Program-made: the position numbers and the translations under genes
Notes under the pieces: generated by a model
The model's database searches: none
Told to the model about the DNA's origin: nothing
What the model saw: only the letters and a program-made list of their open reading frames with translations
Shown: one piece after another, positions 1 through 11,237 of the stretch
Numbering within the stretch: the stretch's first letter is position 1
Layout of the letters: every line of letters begins with the position of its first letter
NCBI GenBank assembly: GCA_002269645.1
Contig: NIVC01000371.1
Span: forward strand, 124,001-188,000
Direction: 5' to 3'
Length of the DNA: 64,000 bases
Source of the DNA: Macrostomum lignano
Taxonomy: Eukaryota

Positions 1-62
1 CTATTCTATTCTATTCTATTCTATTCTATTCTATTTCATTATATTCCATTCTATCCTTTTCT
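1..62. repeat. (CTATT)n microsatellite, truncated by window start
   Basis: Direct tandem CTATT units at the start of the sequence. Confidence 0.9.
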
Positions 63-1994
63 ATTTATTCCGAGCCCGCCCCCTCCCAAGAATCCAACAA
101 AAGTTAAACAATCTGAATAAAGAATAATATTACACTGTAGTAATAATGATAGTAATAGTAATGGTATTAGAAATAATAATAATAGTTGGGGGCACCCTGG
201 GGAAACGCCTTTGCGTTTGCGTACGGAACCGAACCAAAGGTTTTTGTGCCAGAGTCGGACGCGTTCACCTCTGAACTGCTCTGCTCCCACGATCTGAACT
301 ACGCGGTGCAATCCGACACCGAAATGCCATGGTAACCGCCGAGATGCGGTGCCGAATCGAATCAAATTGGAACAGCTGTGCCCCCCTCCCTGAATAGGAA
401 AGTTCAGTGCAAAGGGCATCGACAGACATTCAAAATCCTAAGGGACTTTTATGAAAGATGGATGGGTGGAATGGTCCTCGGAGATCCAATTCTGAAGTTC
501 CCCGCAAACTTCTTAGACTTTTGCCAATGCAGTCTGAAGTGGGCTCGAAGAGGTTAGGGTCTCCCTCCTGTTGTCTGCCTGTCTCCTTTATCTCTCTAAT
601 TGAAATGCTTTCTTCCCTTTTACTTGATTATCCCATTTTGTGCCACTGTAGACAATATAAATATTCTGTATCTATAGAGATATGGCTATTTAAGAGCAGG
701 ATTAAGAGCAGGAAGAACCGGATCAAAAGTTTGGGATAAGTTTGGGCCGGGCACAATCAGTGCGCTGGAATTCCTTTTAATTTGGCGGCCTTGTCATTGG
801 GAGGCCAGGGGATCTAATTTCGCATAGAAAAAACCCGGGGAGAAGCATCTCCCACCCTGTCACTCAGCCTCTCACTCTCCCATAAACTCGCTAGCGGTGC
901 GTGCCTTTCCCCCCCCCCCCCTAGTTCCCCCCCCTGATTCTCCTCCCATCGAGCAGAAAAACCATCGCATATCCCCACAGACCCCTGCCTACATTTGCAG
1001 CAGCAATAACCCAGTTGTGGAAGCAGAGCACCCCCTGGACTCAGCGTCAATTGCCTTTGGTCCAGCGCAGTCCACAAACTGTACCCCCCCCCTCCCACTC
1101 GAGAAGCAGCCCTCGCTTGTGTCAGCTCGGCTTAGCAACTACATGTAGAAGAGCTCTGACGCAGAGGAGAAGCGGACGCTTTGATCGCGGCGCTTTTAGT
1201 TTTGCCCAAGCCGCTGCAAATGCGGTTAAGCTATCGCCATATATGTGAATGTATATTTTATATAAATGCATTTTGCATATAGGCTGAGGACAAGTTCGAC
1301 AAGACTACGGATTTTTCAGCTAGGCAAGATTTGAGATTAGTTCGGTCGGGACAAGTCGTGATGATAGAATTGATAAGAGATTCTTTAAAACTTCCTATCA
1401 ACAACTAATCGAAATTGGTGGCAGATTTTTATTTTGTGAGAAGTTTCGGCTTTCAAAAGTTTTTGATTTGCGTCAGTGCTCAAAACGCTCTCAAACTGGT
1501 TCCTTTCCATGACCTGAATTTTTCTAAGAAATGTGAGCCTTCAAAAAGATTTTCAAGAAGCAAAATATTCAGTCCAATCCAATTACCACCTATAGTGGTC
1601 CTGGAACAATAATCCAACGGACAATAAAAATAATTTTCGCGCGCATTAGAAATTAAACGACTCCGCCTCTTCAGGAGATAATTAACCTTTTCCCCGCGCG
1701 CCAGGCGTCGCCCTAGATAGAGAAAAAAAGTGCAAAATAAGCGGCGACACCGATAACTCTCGGCCAATTTTTATGGCTTGTCGGGTGGCTTGAAGTCTTT
1801 TTTATTGGGATGGGTTCTGCTGTCCTAGGGTAGCTTCGGATCCAGTTCAAAATCTGTGAAGCTAATAAACTAGCAATTATCAACTGCGAACTCTGCGGAG
1901 TTTTATTGAAGTTCTGCGCTAATCATGCAACTACGAAACTCTCCAAGTTTAGTTTTCAGCCGCTAGAGATAAAATCCACCAGTTCTTATCTGTT

Positions 1995-2751
1995 AGGTGA
2001 ACTGGGTCACTGTGAGTCAATTGGGTCACCGTGAGTCAATTGGGTCATCGTGGGTCAACTGGGTCACCGAGGGTCAACTGGGTCACCATATATACTTTCT
2101 GCTGCTTCAACTGGGTCACCATATACGAGCTATCCTTTGTGCTGGTTCAACTGGATCACCGTAAGTCACCGTGGGTCAACTGGGTCACCATGTATCTTCT
2201 GTGCTGGGTGAACTGGGTCACCATGTATCCATTGTGCTGGGTGAACTGGATCATCATGTATCCATTGTGCTGGGTGAACTGGATCATTATGTATCCATTG
2301 TGCTGGGTGAACTGGGTCATCATGTATCCATTGTGCTGGGTGAACTGGATCATCATGTATCCATTGTGCTGGGTGAACTGGATCATTATGTATCCATTGT
2401 GCTGGGTGAACTGGGTCATCATGTATCCATTGTGCTGGGTGAACTGGTTCATCATGTATCCATTGTGCTGGGTGAACTGGGTCATCATGTATCCATTGTG
2501 CTGGGTGAACTGGATCATCATGTATCCATTGTGCTGGGTGAACTGGGTCATCATGTATCCATTGTGCTGGGTGAACTGGATCATTATGTATCCATTGTGC
2601 TGGGTTAACTGGGTCATCATGTATCCATTGTGCTGGGTGAACTGGGTCATCATGTATCCATTGTGCTGGGTGAACTGAATCATTATGTATCCATTGTGCT
2701 GGGTGAACTGGATCATTATGTATCCATTGTGCTGGGTGAACTGGGTCACCA
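1995..2751. repeat. 33-bp minisatellite (TATCCATTGTGCTGGGTGAACTGG(A/G)TCATCATG) in the intron before the integrin alpha A terminal exon
   Basis: About 17 clean units at 2190-2750 with degenerate units upstream. It ends about 45 nt before the acceptor at 2796 and explains the repetitive ORFs at 2031-2752. Confidence 0.95.
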
Positions 2752-2796
2752 TCCTTTAATACGCCCGACTAACTCCAAAACTGCAACCCTCCGCAG

Positions 2797-4975
2797 AGCA
2801 ATTCGGCTGGTCAGTCACCGGGGGCGTGGACATTGACGGTAACGGCTACCCGGACGTAGTCGTCGGGTCGCACAGCAGCGCGGCCATCACTCTCTACAGA
2901 ACTCGGCCAGCTGTCCGGCTCAGCGTTGGACAGGGTGACCTGCGAGCGCCGGACAGAATCGACGTCCGACGATGCGGAGACGGCAGCGACGTAGGCGACT
3001 GTCGAATCCGACTCAGCGGCTCCTTCCGGCTGGCTTGCGGCAGCCAGGTGAACCTGACCGGACGGCAGCTGGATGTGGAGATGCGGCTGGACTCGGACAG
3101 CCGACAGGCGCCCTCGCGGAAGCGACTGCACTGGGCGACGTCGAGAAATGACGTCATTATTCGACGCGTAAAACTCGGCTGCAACGAGAGCTTTGAGTTC
3201 GAGGAGCTGGCAGACATTGTGCCGGCCACAGCGCGGGCCGACCTGGTGACGCCGATTGTGGCTCAGCTGCGCCTGGCGCCGGCCTGGCAAAGCGCTGATT
3301 GGGGGACGCCGCAAGCCGATGGCGCCAACTCCCCAATGCGGCCGGCGCTGCACCCGGCCTCGGACACAGCCGCTGATTTTCCTGACATGGAGCCGCTGCG
3401 GCCGGAGTGCGGCCCGGACAATGTTTGCCGGCCAGGCCTGCGCCTGCGTCTGCAACGGGCTCGCCTCGGCGAACTCGACGACGATGCGGACATCGACGAC
3501 GCATCGAGTGGAGTTGTGATCTACGGCGGCGAGCGGGGCACCCGTGTGCGGCTGCAGGCGCTGGTGGAGAACAGCGGCGAGGCGGCGCATGAGCCGGTGC
3601 TGCGGCTGCGCCTGCCGGCGCGCGTTGACGTCCAGTGGGCGTCGGAAAGCGGCCTCATGGCCGACGAGGTTCGCTGTGGCGAGGCAGCCGAGTCGGCGGA
3701 CGTGGGCGAGCGAGTCTTGGCCTGCTCGCTGGGCCGCCAGCTGCCCGGCCTGGCACCGGGGCAAGCGCCGGTCGTCGTCGTCGCCGAATTGTCGCTCGGC
3801 GCCCACCTGGAGTCCGGCGGCGGAGCCAACTTCACCGTCCATGCCGCGGTCAGCTGCCAGGAGGCGGCTGCGTCGGACGAAGGCACCAGCAGTGCCGCAT
3901 CGTTTGACTTTGCGGTCTTCTCTCGGGCTGAGCTGCGTCTTACTGGAGCCGCCGCTAGTCGCGATGTCGTGATCGACGCCAGGACTGAGGCGGTGACGCC
4001 TCAGGCAGGCCGGCGCTACCGCCTGGAGACTCTCGGCGCTCATTTCAACCACAGCTTCGAGTTTTTCAACGCCGGCCCGTCACCGTTGCTCAACGTCGAG
4101 GTAAACCTGACGGTGCCGGTGGAGACGGAGTCTGGCGACACCCTGGTGTACTTGCTGGACAGGATAGCGCTCGCTACTGCTGACCGGAACTGGGAGCGGC
4201 TGACTGCCGCGCCGCGGGTCCTGGAGGCCACCTCGGACCGACAGCTCCGGGGGCCGCGTGCAACTTCGGCCAGCTCAACGGGCTCAACCTGACTCTGTGG
4301 CGCGAGGCCGAGACGCTGCCCGTTCTGTTGAATGCGACGACGAAACCGCGTCCCGGCGGACGGCAGCGACGCGATGTGGTCGCCGAGAAGCCGGCGTCTA
4401 CGACGAGTTCGGCCCTGAAGGTCAAGAAGTCGAGCGAGTCCGGCACCGAGCCCAGGGAGCGGTCGTCGCTGTTCGGCGAGTCGGCATTCCCGGGCGGCAG
4501 CGGCAGGGCGCCGCTCGAGCCAGTCGAGTGTGACGGCCGCTACTCAGACGCGTTCGGCCGGGTCCGCTGCACCGTCATTCGCTGCCGAATTCCCCGCCTG
4601 AACGCCTCAGAGGGAGCGCGCGTTGTTTTTGACGGGCTGCTGTGGGCGGAGACGCTGTTCAGCTACAGGGTGCCGGAGGTTCAGCTGCGCTCCAGCGTGG
4701 TAGCAGCCGCGGCAACCGGACCGTCAGATCAAAGCGTGCCATCGCTGCTTGAGTCACCAGGAGGTCCGGAGTCGTCCACAGTGTCTGCCACAGTTGAGCA
4801 GTTCTTCTTCTTTCGAGGAGTGCCGGCCCGACCGGCCTACCGGGTGCCGCTGGTGGTGGTGCTGGTGGCGGTGCTGGTGGGCCTGCTGCTGCTGGCCATC
4901 ATTATTGTGGTGATGTGGCGCTGCGGCTTCTTTCAGCGCAGGCGCTGGTTTGTTGACAAACCGGTGCAGCTCTGA
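2797..4975 (+). CDS. Integrin alpha subunit A, 3' terminal coding exon (last FG-GAP repeat, thigh/calf, TM, tail), with one -1 frameshift near 4238; upstream exons not identified in the window
   Basis: Acceptor CCGCAG at 2791-2796, then QFGWSVTGGVDIDGNGYPDVVVGS (FG-GAP with DxDxNG Ca-binding motif). Also C..LNGLNL, furin-like RQRR, a TM helix VPLVVVLVAVLVGLLLLAIIIVVMW and a CGFFQRRR tail (GFFKR-like), with stop TGA at 4973-4975. ORF 2826-4292 and the frame of ORF 4328-4975 join with one added base. Confidence 0.9.
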
Positions 4976-5014
4976 GACTGAGGCTACTAATAGTAGAGTG
5001 GGTGTCGAGGCGTT

Positions 5015-5225
5015 ATGGTTACCTGGTTACCGTGTCATCAGAGGTTACCGAGTCGCGTCATTACCTAGTTACCTGGGTACTAATAAACCTAGTTATCGGA
5101 TTTACCTTGTTACCGAGTTTTCTCGGTAACCGGAGTTTCGAGTTACCAGATTTAGCTGGTCGTCAAGATGCCCTATCGTTAAGTTACCTTAGTTACCAAG
5201 CTAGCTGGTTACCACGAGTTTACCT
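5015..5225. repeat. Degenerate GTTACC/GGTAAC-rich low-complexity tract in the integrin A 3' region
   Basis: Recurrent GTTACC motifs at roughly 10-20 nt spacing. Confidence 0.6.
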
Positions 5226-5434
5226 AGCAGCTAAGTTTAAGAATAGAAATTGCAGGTGACAAATCCAACAAACAATGAGTGCGCGCATATTCAGTTCCAG
5301 GCCTAGCAACAATCACTTATTGTTGTTATCTGCCTCTGACAGCTTCCTTTTTTCTGCTCCAAAGAATTGTGCTCGCCGTTATCTTCCGCCTGCTGACATT
5401 TCTGTTTTTGCTTTCGCTGCTCATGTCTCACTGC

Positions 5435-5905
5435 TGCTCCTCAGTTGGAGCCACAGATACTAAAATTCGTAACTTAGATGGCTCACTATATAGAACTACG
5501 CATGCTTGCAGTTACAATAGTTCAGTAGTAAGGAGGGATACGTAAGCTATTTTATAAAAAGAATTGAGCTGAAATGATATTGATAAATTTAGAAGCCAAC
5601 ATGTAAACAACTTAAAATTGGTGTAGACAGATTGTACACATTAGCCAGCGCCACTGAAATGTACGAGCGTACATGGCAAGGCAATAAAAATTGGGCGGCG
5701 TGGTGGGGTGGAGGTTTTGTGTGGAAAGACGTGGTTAAAGTTTTAAGCTAGGGCAGGGAGGGGTAAGAGACAAAAATGAGCCTGGTCTTAAAAAATACAT
5801 TAAAATACTTCTGTTTCTTTCTACTGAACTGAAAGTAGCTTACACGCAAATTTGCTGAGTGGCCCATCTAGTTATTTTAGTTTCTGTGGTTGGAGCTGTG
5901 AGCAC
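5435..5905. mobile_element. MITE-like element, copy 1 (imperfect TIRs; homologous to 45262-45735)
   Basis: Left CCACAGATACTAAAAT..AACTTAGATGGCTCAC is inverted against right GAGTGGCCCATCTAGTTATTTTAGTTTCTGTGG. The internal sequence 5636-5870 aligns with 45442-45685 (e.g. CTACTGAACTGAAAGTAGCTTACACGCAAAT). Confidence 0.6.
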
Positions 5906-6184
5906 TCATGCTTCAACTTGACTCTGTACTGAGACAGTAGTACAGAGTGTATATTTGTCTGTCTGTAATTGAATTGTCTTCATTTTTCTAACACGTGATT
6001 GCCCGTGTTTTTCTGCAATGCACCGCTTCAATGCTAAATACACCTAAGCTGGTGCGTTAATAAACACTTTTTGCTAGCTCAATGTTCTCTGATAAATGTT
6101 ATTGCGCTGTCGCAGTAAAACAATATGTTGATTTACTTTTACTTACATGTAAACTGAATTACTGAATCATTCCATGCCTGCCGC

Positions 6185-6470
6185 AGAAAAATTCCCACAG
6201 GTTCCAAGGGCTATTCCCCCAGAGCGAATCCCTCAGAGAAATTCCCTCATAAATTCACCAGAACAAATTCCCTCACAGAAATTCCCCCACGGAAATTCCT
6301 TTAAAACAAATTCCCTCACAGAAATTCCCCCGCAGAAATATCGTCAAAACAAATTTCCTCGCATAAATTCCCTCATTACAAATTCCATCAGAACCAAACA
6401 TAAATTCCCTCAGAGAAATTCCCCAGAGAAGCAGATTCCCCGAGAGAAATTCTCTCAGAGCAATTCCCCA
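6185..6470. repeat. Degenerate AAATTCCC-based short tandem repeat
   Basis: Repeated AAATTCCC(T)CA(C/G)AG motifs. It explains ORF 6174-6509. Confidence 0.75.
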
Positions 6471-7625
6471 TCACACCTGCCTAAATCTACATATCCAGCT
6501 GCAAACTAACCGCTGCCAACTCTGCTTAACTGATGCTCGCACACCTCAGGATAGAGAAGAAGTTATCAAGGTTTGCCGTCGCTGGGACGCAAAATTACGG
6601 AGCCAAATAAAAGGAAATAAAGCTGGTACATTTATATATATTTTCATGATGGCTAGCAGCTTAGCATTTAGCGCCTATAATAACTTATAGATTTATATAT
6701 AAGGACAAAGCGTCGCGGCCTTAATGCATGCTTTAGCTAATTGGAAAATATCGATTATCAAAAGTGAACACGCACATAGAAACCAACATAGAGACGGGTA
6801 AGCAGAGAATTCAGGAGGCCATTGCGGAAGCTGGCAAGCCGGGGGCCGTCTCGATGCTTTAGGGTAGAGCAAGCTTGAAGGCGAAGTTAAATAACTGACT
6901 AAATGGCAGCATATGAGAGATGGCACATTATTGTGTTTTTAACATTAGTTCCTAGTCAGTTATCATTTGCAAATTATCAATAGAAAACATTGCTGCGATG
7001 CTGACAGAGCAATTTATAAGCGCTTTGCTGCTACATGGGATTTTCAAAAAGAGATTGCAGAGTTTTTGGAACGCCAACAATTGCTAATCCACTGCTCATT
7101 GTATAGCAGAGAAATAATTTGTTCACCGATGCTGCTACTAACGAATGCATTTGTCAGTAGCATAGCAGGCATATGCGAAATGGGTGTGCATGTTATACTC
7201 GTAAACAGATTCTACAAACTAGAAGAATGCTTTGAGATTGAGATAAGTTCAGGCGGATTTCATGCCGAACAAACACGATTCTGGAGGGAATTTTGATGGA
7301 AAATTATCAGCCAGTTAGGGAAGACCGAAAGTAGAGGAGCTTTCTAAAATGATTTTTATTGTTTGAGACTTGCTTGCTTGCTATTGATAATGGGGTGTCT
7401 TTCAAGGACTACTAACCAGTTTGGAAGTCGCCTTCTTCAACTAATGGGAGAGTTATCCAAGGACCACTACTAACCAGTTTGGAAGAACCGCCTTCACCTA
7501 TTTTCAATCCGCACCAGATAAAAATTTGAGAATCTTTACTATTAGGGAATCGGTAACGCAGGGACGCAAACACGAGCAAACATGTGTAGCAATGACAACA
7601 ACAACACATGAACAAACAGACAGCA

Positions 7626-10600
7626 TCATCGATAAAAGTCGTCATCGTTGGCGTCTTTCTGCGGCACTGAGTTGTAATCTTGTGGCGGCTTTTTCCGGTG
7701 AAAGAAATTGCAATACCAAAGCAGCAGGATGAGTAGCAGCAGTAGCCAGATGCCAAGGAAGATGGCTAGAATGATGTAACCCCAGGGGATTTGGTCCACT
7801 ATCGGCGGCCGAATGCTGAGGAACAGAAACGTCTGCAGGATGCTGGAGTTCCCAGCTACATCGACGTTACGAAAAGCGAAAAGCTCGGGCGGCGGCAGGT
7901 TTAGCTGGATCTGGGACCGGATGTTGAACCGGCTTAGGTGGTGCCGGAAGTAGGTAGGCGACCAGAGGCGTGCGTGAAGGTGCAGGAAGACTCGGTCGAC
8001 TGTCCGGACGCCGTCGCGGCCGAGGTCGCGCACCGGACAGTTAAAGGTGACGCAGCGGAACGGCACAGGGGCCAGCTCGGGCCTGTCGCAGTCAAACGTC
8101 GGATCCGTCTCTTGCGGCGCTGGCGTCGGCGTCGGATTGGTCGACGAAGGCGAAGTCGAGGACGTCTCTTCTAGACTGCGACGTTGTCTCGTGCCATGAG
8201 TCTCACTAAACGTAGAATTATCGCCAAGTTCGTTGCTGTTGATGCTGTTGAAGATATTGACCTCGTGCTGGTTCTCTAGCAGCGTCAGAGGAGGTTTCGC
8301 CAGTCGCACGGCCATGTTGGGCTCCAGCGGTTGGCACTCGCGGTCTTGGTTTCCAATAAAGCCTTCGGCATCGTCGGAGGTAAACGGCAGGCCCGGCAGG
8401 TATTGGCTCACCCGGTCAGAGTCGCCGACCTCTGTAGCGTGCGACCAGGCCAGGGCGTTTTTAGGAAAGTATAGCAGCAGGTGGCCCCGGTCGGTCACTA
8501 GGGGCACGCGGATGGAGATGCTGAGGCCGCGGATTGCCGCTGCCGGCCGCGTGGACGCCAGCAGCTCGAATGTCTGCTGCAGGCCCGGCCCAACCACGGA
8601 TGCGGCGGTAGCTCCACTTAACGCCATCAATTTCGCCTCGTTTATGCTTTTTGACTGTCGGGCGTCGGCAATCATCGACTCGTCTGTGGCTGAGAGCAGC
8701 CGAAGGCTGACGCTGGTGTTGAAGGTGATTGACAGTTCGGCCCAATTATTCATCAGCTCACCGTCGCGGGTCACGAAGTCCTGATAGCCGGCGATGTCGC
8801 CAAGCAGGTTTAACAGGCGGAAGCCGACCCGATAGGCGGTGCGACGGCCGTCGAAATTCAGCCGCAGCGTCACCTCTATCTGGCCGCGGCCATTGCGGGT
8901 TAGGACGTCGGGCGGGTCGGGGAACGGCTCGGTCAGCAGCACCTCTTTGTGCTGGCTAAAGTAGCGAGCCTCGCTCACAGACTCGTTGCCGCCGCGGCCA
9001 AAGGTTTTTGTTCGCAGAGTGACCGCATCGAGCACATGGACGCCGTCGCTGGGGGTCAACCGGATTGCCATTCCACCGTAGTAAGGGTAGCTGCTCTGCT
9101 TGCGAATCCGTAGAGTCACCTGGAGCTGTTGGTAACTGTTCAGCAGAATTGACGGTTTGCCGAGCAGCTCCAAACGGATGTTACCGGTGGGATTGCAGTT
9201 GAAACCAAAATCGGGATCGCAGACGCCGGTCTTAAATTTGTAGAGCGGCACTGAAAAGACGTCCTCATAGCCTGGGAAGACCCGCCGACCCTGCAGAACG
9301 GCCGGAAAGAAGCCGCTAGAGCTGCCAGTCACGATCACCCTGTCGGTCATGCGCCAGTGCATCAGCAGGACGAGATCACGCAGCATGCCATCCGGTGAGG
9401 AATGCCGCTGATTATTCGGCAGCGGCCTGAGCCGGAACATCAACGTGAACTGGATCGTGTCGGCCGACTTGCCCGGCACTCGGGTCAGCTCGCACCAGCC
9501 GTCCGCACCGGGCTTCACCGCCGACGGGCAGTCGATCAGTTCGATTAGGAAACGTCGCTGCTGCTCGGTGCTGGCCAGCTCTTCTGGCCGCACGCGCAGG
9601 TTAAACTGGTAGTTGGACAGGTCAACGCCAGCCTTCGTGTGCATGCGGATGGTGGCCCCAATGGGCCGGGACAGTTGACTGCTGAACGAGTGCATCATAA
9701 TGTCTGTTTTGAACACCTCGTCGATTGTAGCGTTGACGTAGTGGAAGTCGATTGCAGTAATCAGCAGCAGGCGGCCGGGCAGGACAACAGCGTGGTGGCT
9801 GGAGATGGCGCCAACCACCAGCTCGCTGACCGTATTGTTGTCCAGGTCCGGGGCCAGGGCGAGGCTCCAACCAAATCCGGTGATGTTCGGCTCAAGCGAG
9901 CTCAGGTCAGCGGCGTTGACAATCTCGAATGGCTGCAGCTCTGCAGTTGGGTTGGCGTAGTTGGGCATACCCAGGAACAGGTACACCGCGCCGGTACCGT
10001 TTACTCCGCAGCCGGGGCAGCCCACGGCGAAGTCTTCAATGTCGTCGTAGTTGACGTCGCCGATACCGACAACGTCGGTTCCTAAACGACCGCCTCGCTC
10101 GCGGCCGCAATAGCGCGCAGGCATCGAAGAAACTCTGTCAATCGGCTTACCGAGTGTTTCGAGTGTCAAAACAAAGATGCAGCCGCGGTCGAGACCTTCG
10201 GCGCCGAGGCCATCGGAGTGAAACGGGGCGCCGAGTAGCACCGCCTTTCGCTTTGTCTGCAGCGATTCGCTTATCACGGCGCTTGAGTAGCCCAGGTAGT
10301 TAAACGAACGGTATAGATAGTCGTAGAACGGCTGTCCCATCCTAGCCTCGATGGACTTGGCTTTGACCTCGCCGGGCCTCAGCCAGGCTAGCAGAGTGTC
10401 GCTTTTCTCATGGAAGAACGGCGAGGTGGCGTAGACAACCCCACTGTCCGGGTCGGTGGCCAGCGAGTAGCCCAGGTAATTCTTTTTTAATTCGTTGAGT
10501 TCAACCTCTGTCGGCTTCGAGTCAAACACGCCGCTTTGCACAGACAGAGAGGCGCTGTCGTTTTTTACAAAAAATGCCAAGCGCTGCATCATGCAGAACG

Positions 10601-11237
10601 GACCGGACACTGTCAGCTGGGTTTGGCTTGAGTTCCCTGGAACCCTGGCCAGTGCCGCCTGGAAGCCACCCAGACAGTTACCGTAATTTTTGTCATCCTT
10701 GGAGCTGGCCATGTAGGGGAAGAATTTCTGCAGCCAGATCGGCTCTGCGCTGGACGAACGCCAGTAGCCGCACAGGCCCGGCGTGGCCGTCAAGTTGAAC
10801 GCCGGACTAGCAAAGTTGTGCCCTGGCGCGCAGACAACAAACTGGCCGTCCGGCAGGCTGGCCAGGCTGGCGCCGAACAGCGAGAACTGGACGAAACTGT
10901 CGGAGTCGCCGACTGGTTGGCTGAACGGCAATCCGGAGCCGTCGCAGATGACGCGGCTAGTGTTGAAATCGGCGATGCTGACGGGGCAGAGGTGGGCGGT
11001 GCCGGAGGCCGACTTGGTGGCCGGATGGTAGCCAACCGGGTCTGTCACGAGTAGATGGAAGACGTTCGCTGACTCTCCTTTGATGATGGCAACCCGGTAG
11101 CCGAACAAAGACCTCGCCGCTGAGCTGCTGCTGGTGCCGGGAGACGTCGGCGCCTTGCGAATGATGGCCGACGAGGTGTGCAGAAACAGACCATCGGCTG
11201 GCTGCCAGAGCAGCAGCAATAGCAGCAACAAGCGCAT
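7626..11237 (-). CDS. Integrin alpha subunit B, complete single-ORF (apparently intronless), 1203 aa, no I-domain
   Basis: Signal peptide MRLLLLLLLLWQPADG. FG-GAP blades LFGYRV, LFGASL, YLGYSL, YLGYSS..LLGAP, DVNYDDIEDFAVGCPG and FGWSLALAPDLDNNTVSELVVGA. Furin-like RQRRS, TM IPWGYIILAIFLGIWLLLLLILLLW, tail CNFFHRKK... Confidence 0.93.
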   Translation of the reverse strand: MRLLLLLLLLWQPADGLFLHTSSAIIRKAPTSPGTSSSSAARSLFGYRVAIIKGESANVFHLLVTDPVGYHPATKSASGTAHLCPVSIADFNTSRVICDGSGLPFSQPVGDSDSFVQFSLFGASLASLPDGQFVVCAPGHNFASPAFNLTATPGLCGYWRSSSAEPIWLQKFFPYMASSKDDKNYGNCLGGFQAALARVPGNSSQTQLTVSGPFCMMQRLAFFVKNDSASLSVQSGVFDSKPTEVELNELKKNYLGYSLATDPDSGVVYATSPFFHEKSDTLLAWLRPGEVKAKSIEARMGQPFYDYLYRSFNYLGYSSAVISESLQTKRKAVLLGAPFHSDGLGAEGLDRGCIFVLTLETLGKPIDRVSSMPARYCGRERGGRLGTDVVGIGDVNYDDIEDFAVGCPGCGVNGTGAVYLFLGMPNYANPTAELQPFEIVNAADLSSLEPNITGFGWSLALAPDLDNNTVSELVVGAISSHHAVVLPGRLLLITAIDFHYVNATIDEVFKTDIMMHSFSSQLSRPIGATIRMHTKAGVDLSNYQFNLRVRPEELASTEQQRRFLIELIDCPSAVKPGADGWCELTRVPGKSADTIQFTLMFRLRPLPNNQRHSSPDGMLRDLVLLMHWRMTDRVIVTGSSSGFFPAVLQGRRVFPGYEDVFSVPLYKFKTGVCDPDFGFNCNPTGNIRLELLGKPSILLNSYQQLQVTLRIRKQSSYPYYGGMAIRLTPSDGVHVLDAVTLRTKTFGRGGNESVSEARYFSQHKEVLLTEPFPDPPDVLTRNGRGQIEVTLRLNFDGRRTAYRVGFRLLNLLGDIAGYQDFVTRDGELMNNWAELSITFNTSVSLRLLSATDESMIADARQSKSINEAKLMALSGATAASVVGPGLQQTFELLASTRPAAAIRGLSISIRVPLVTDRGHLLLYFPKNALAWSHATEVGDSDRVSQYLPGLPFTSDDAEGFIGNQDRECQPLEPNMAVRLAKPPLTLLENQHEVNIFNSINSNELGDNSTFSETHGTRQRRSLEETSSTSPSSTNPTPTPAPQETDPTFDCDRPELAPVPFRCVTFNCPVRDLGRDGVRTVDRVFLHLHARLWSPTYFRHHLSRFNIRSQIQLNLPPPELFAFRNVDVAGNSSILQTFLFLSIRPPIVDQIPWGYIILAIFLGIWLLLLLILLLWYCNFFHRKKPPQDYNSVPQKDANDDDFYR

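Noticed and set aside
186-335. + frame LGAPWGNAFAFAYG, resembling an FG-GAP 'GAP..GAVYIYYG' segment as a possible upstream integrin A exon
   Set aside because: The preceding AG has no pyrimidine tract (an (AAT)n run instead), there is no phase-1 donor to join 2797, and the frame stops after about 50 codons.
2031-2752. Repetitive ORFs of 145-215 aa
   Set aside because: They are translations of the 33-bp minisatellite on both strands.
2811-4052. 413-aa antisense ORF over integrin A, and many antisense ORFs over integrin B, LRRIQ1-like and SDA1
   Set aside because: They are shadows of GC-rich coding sequence with no domain signal.
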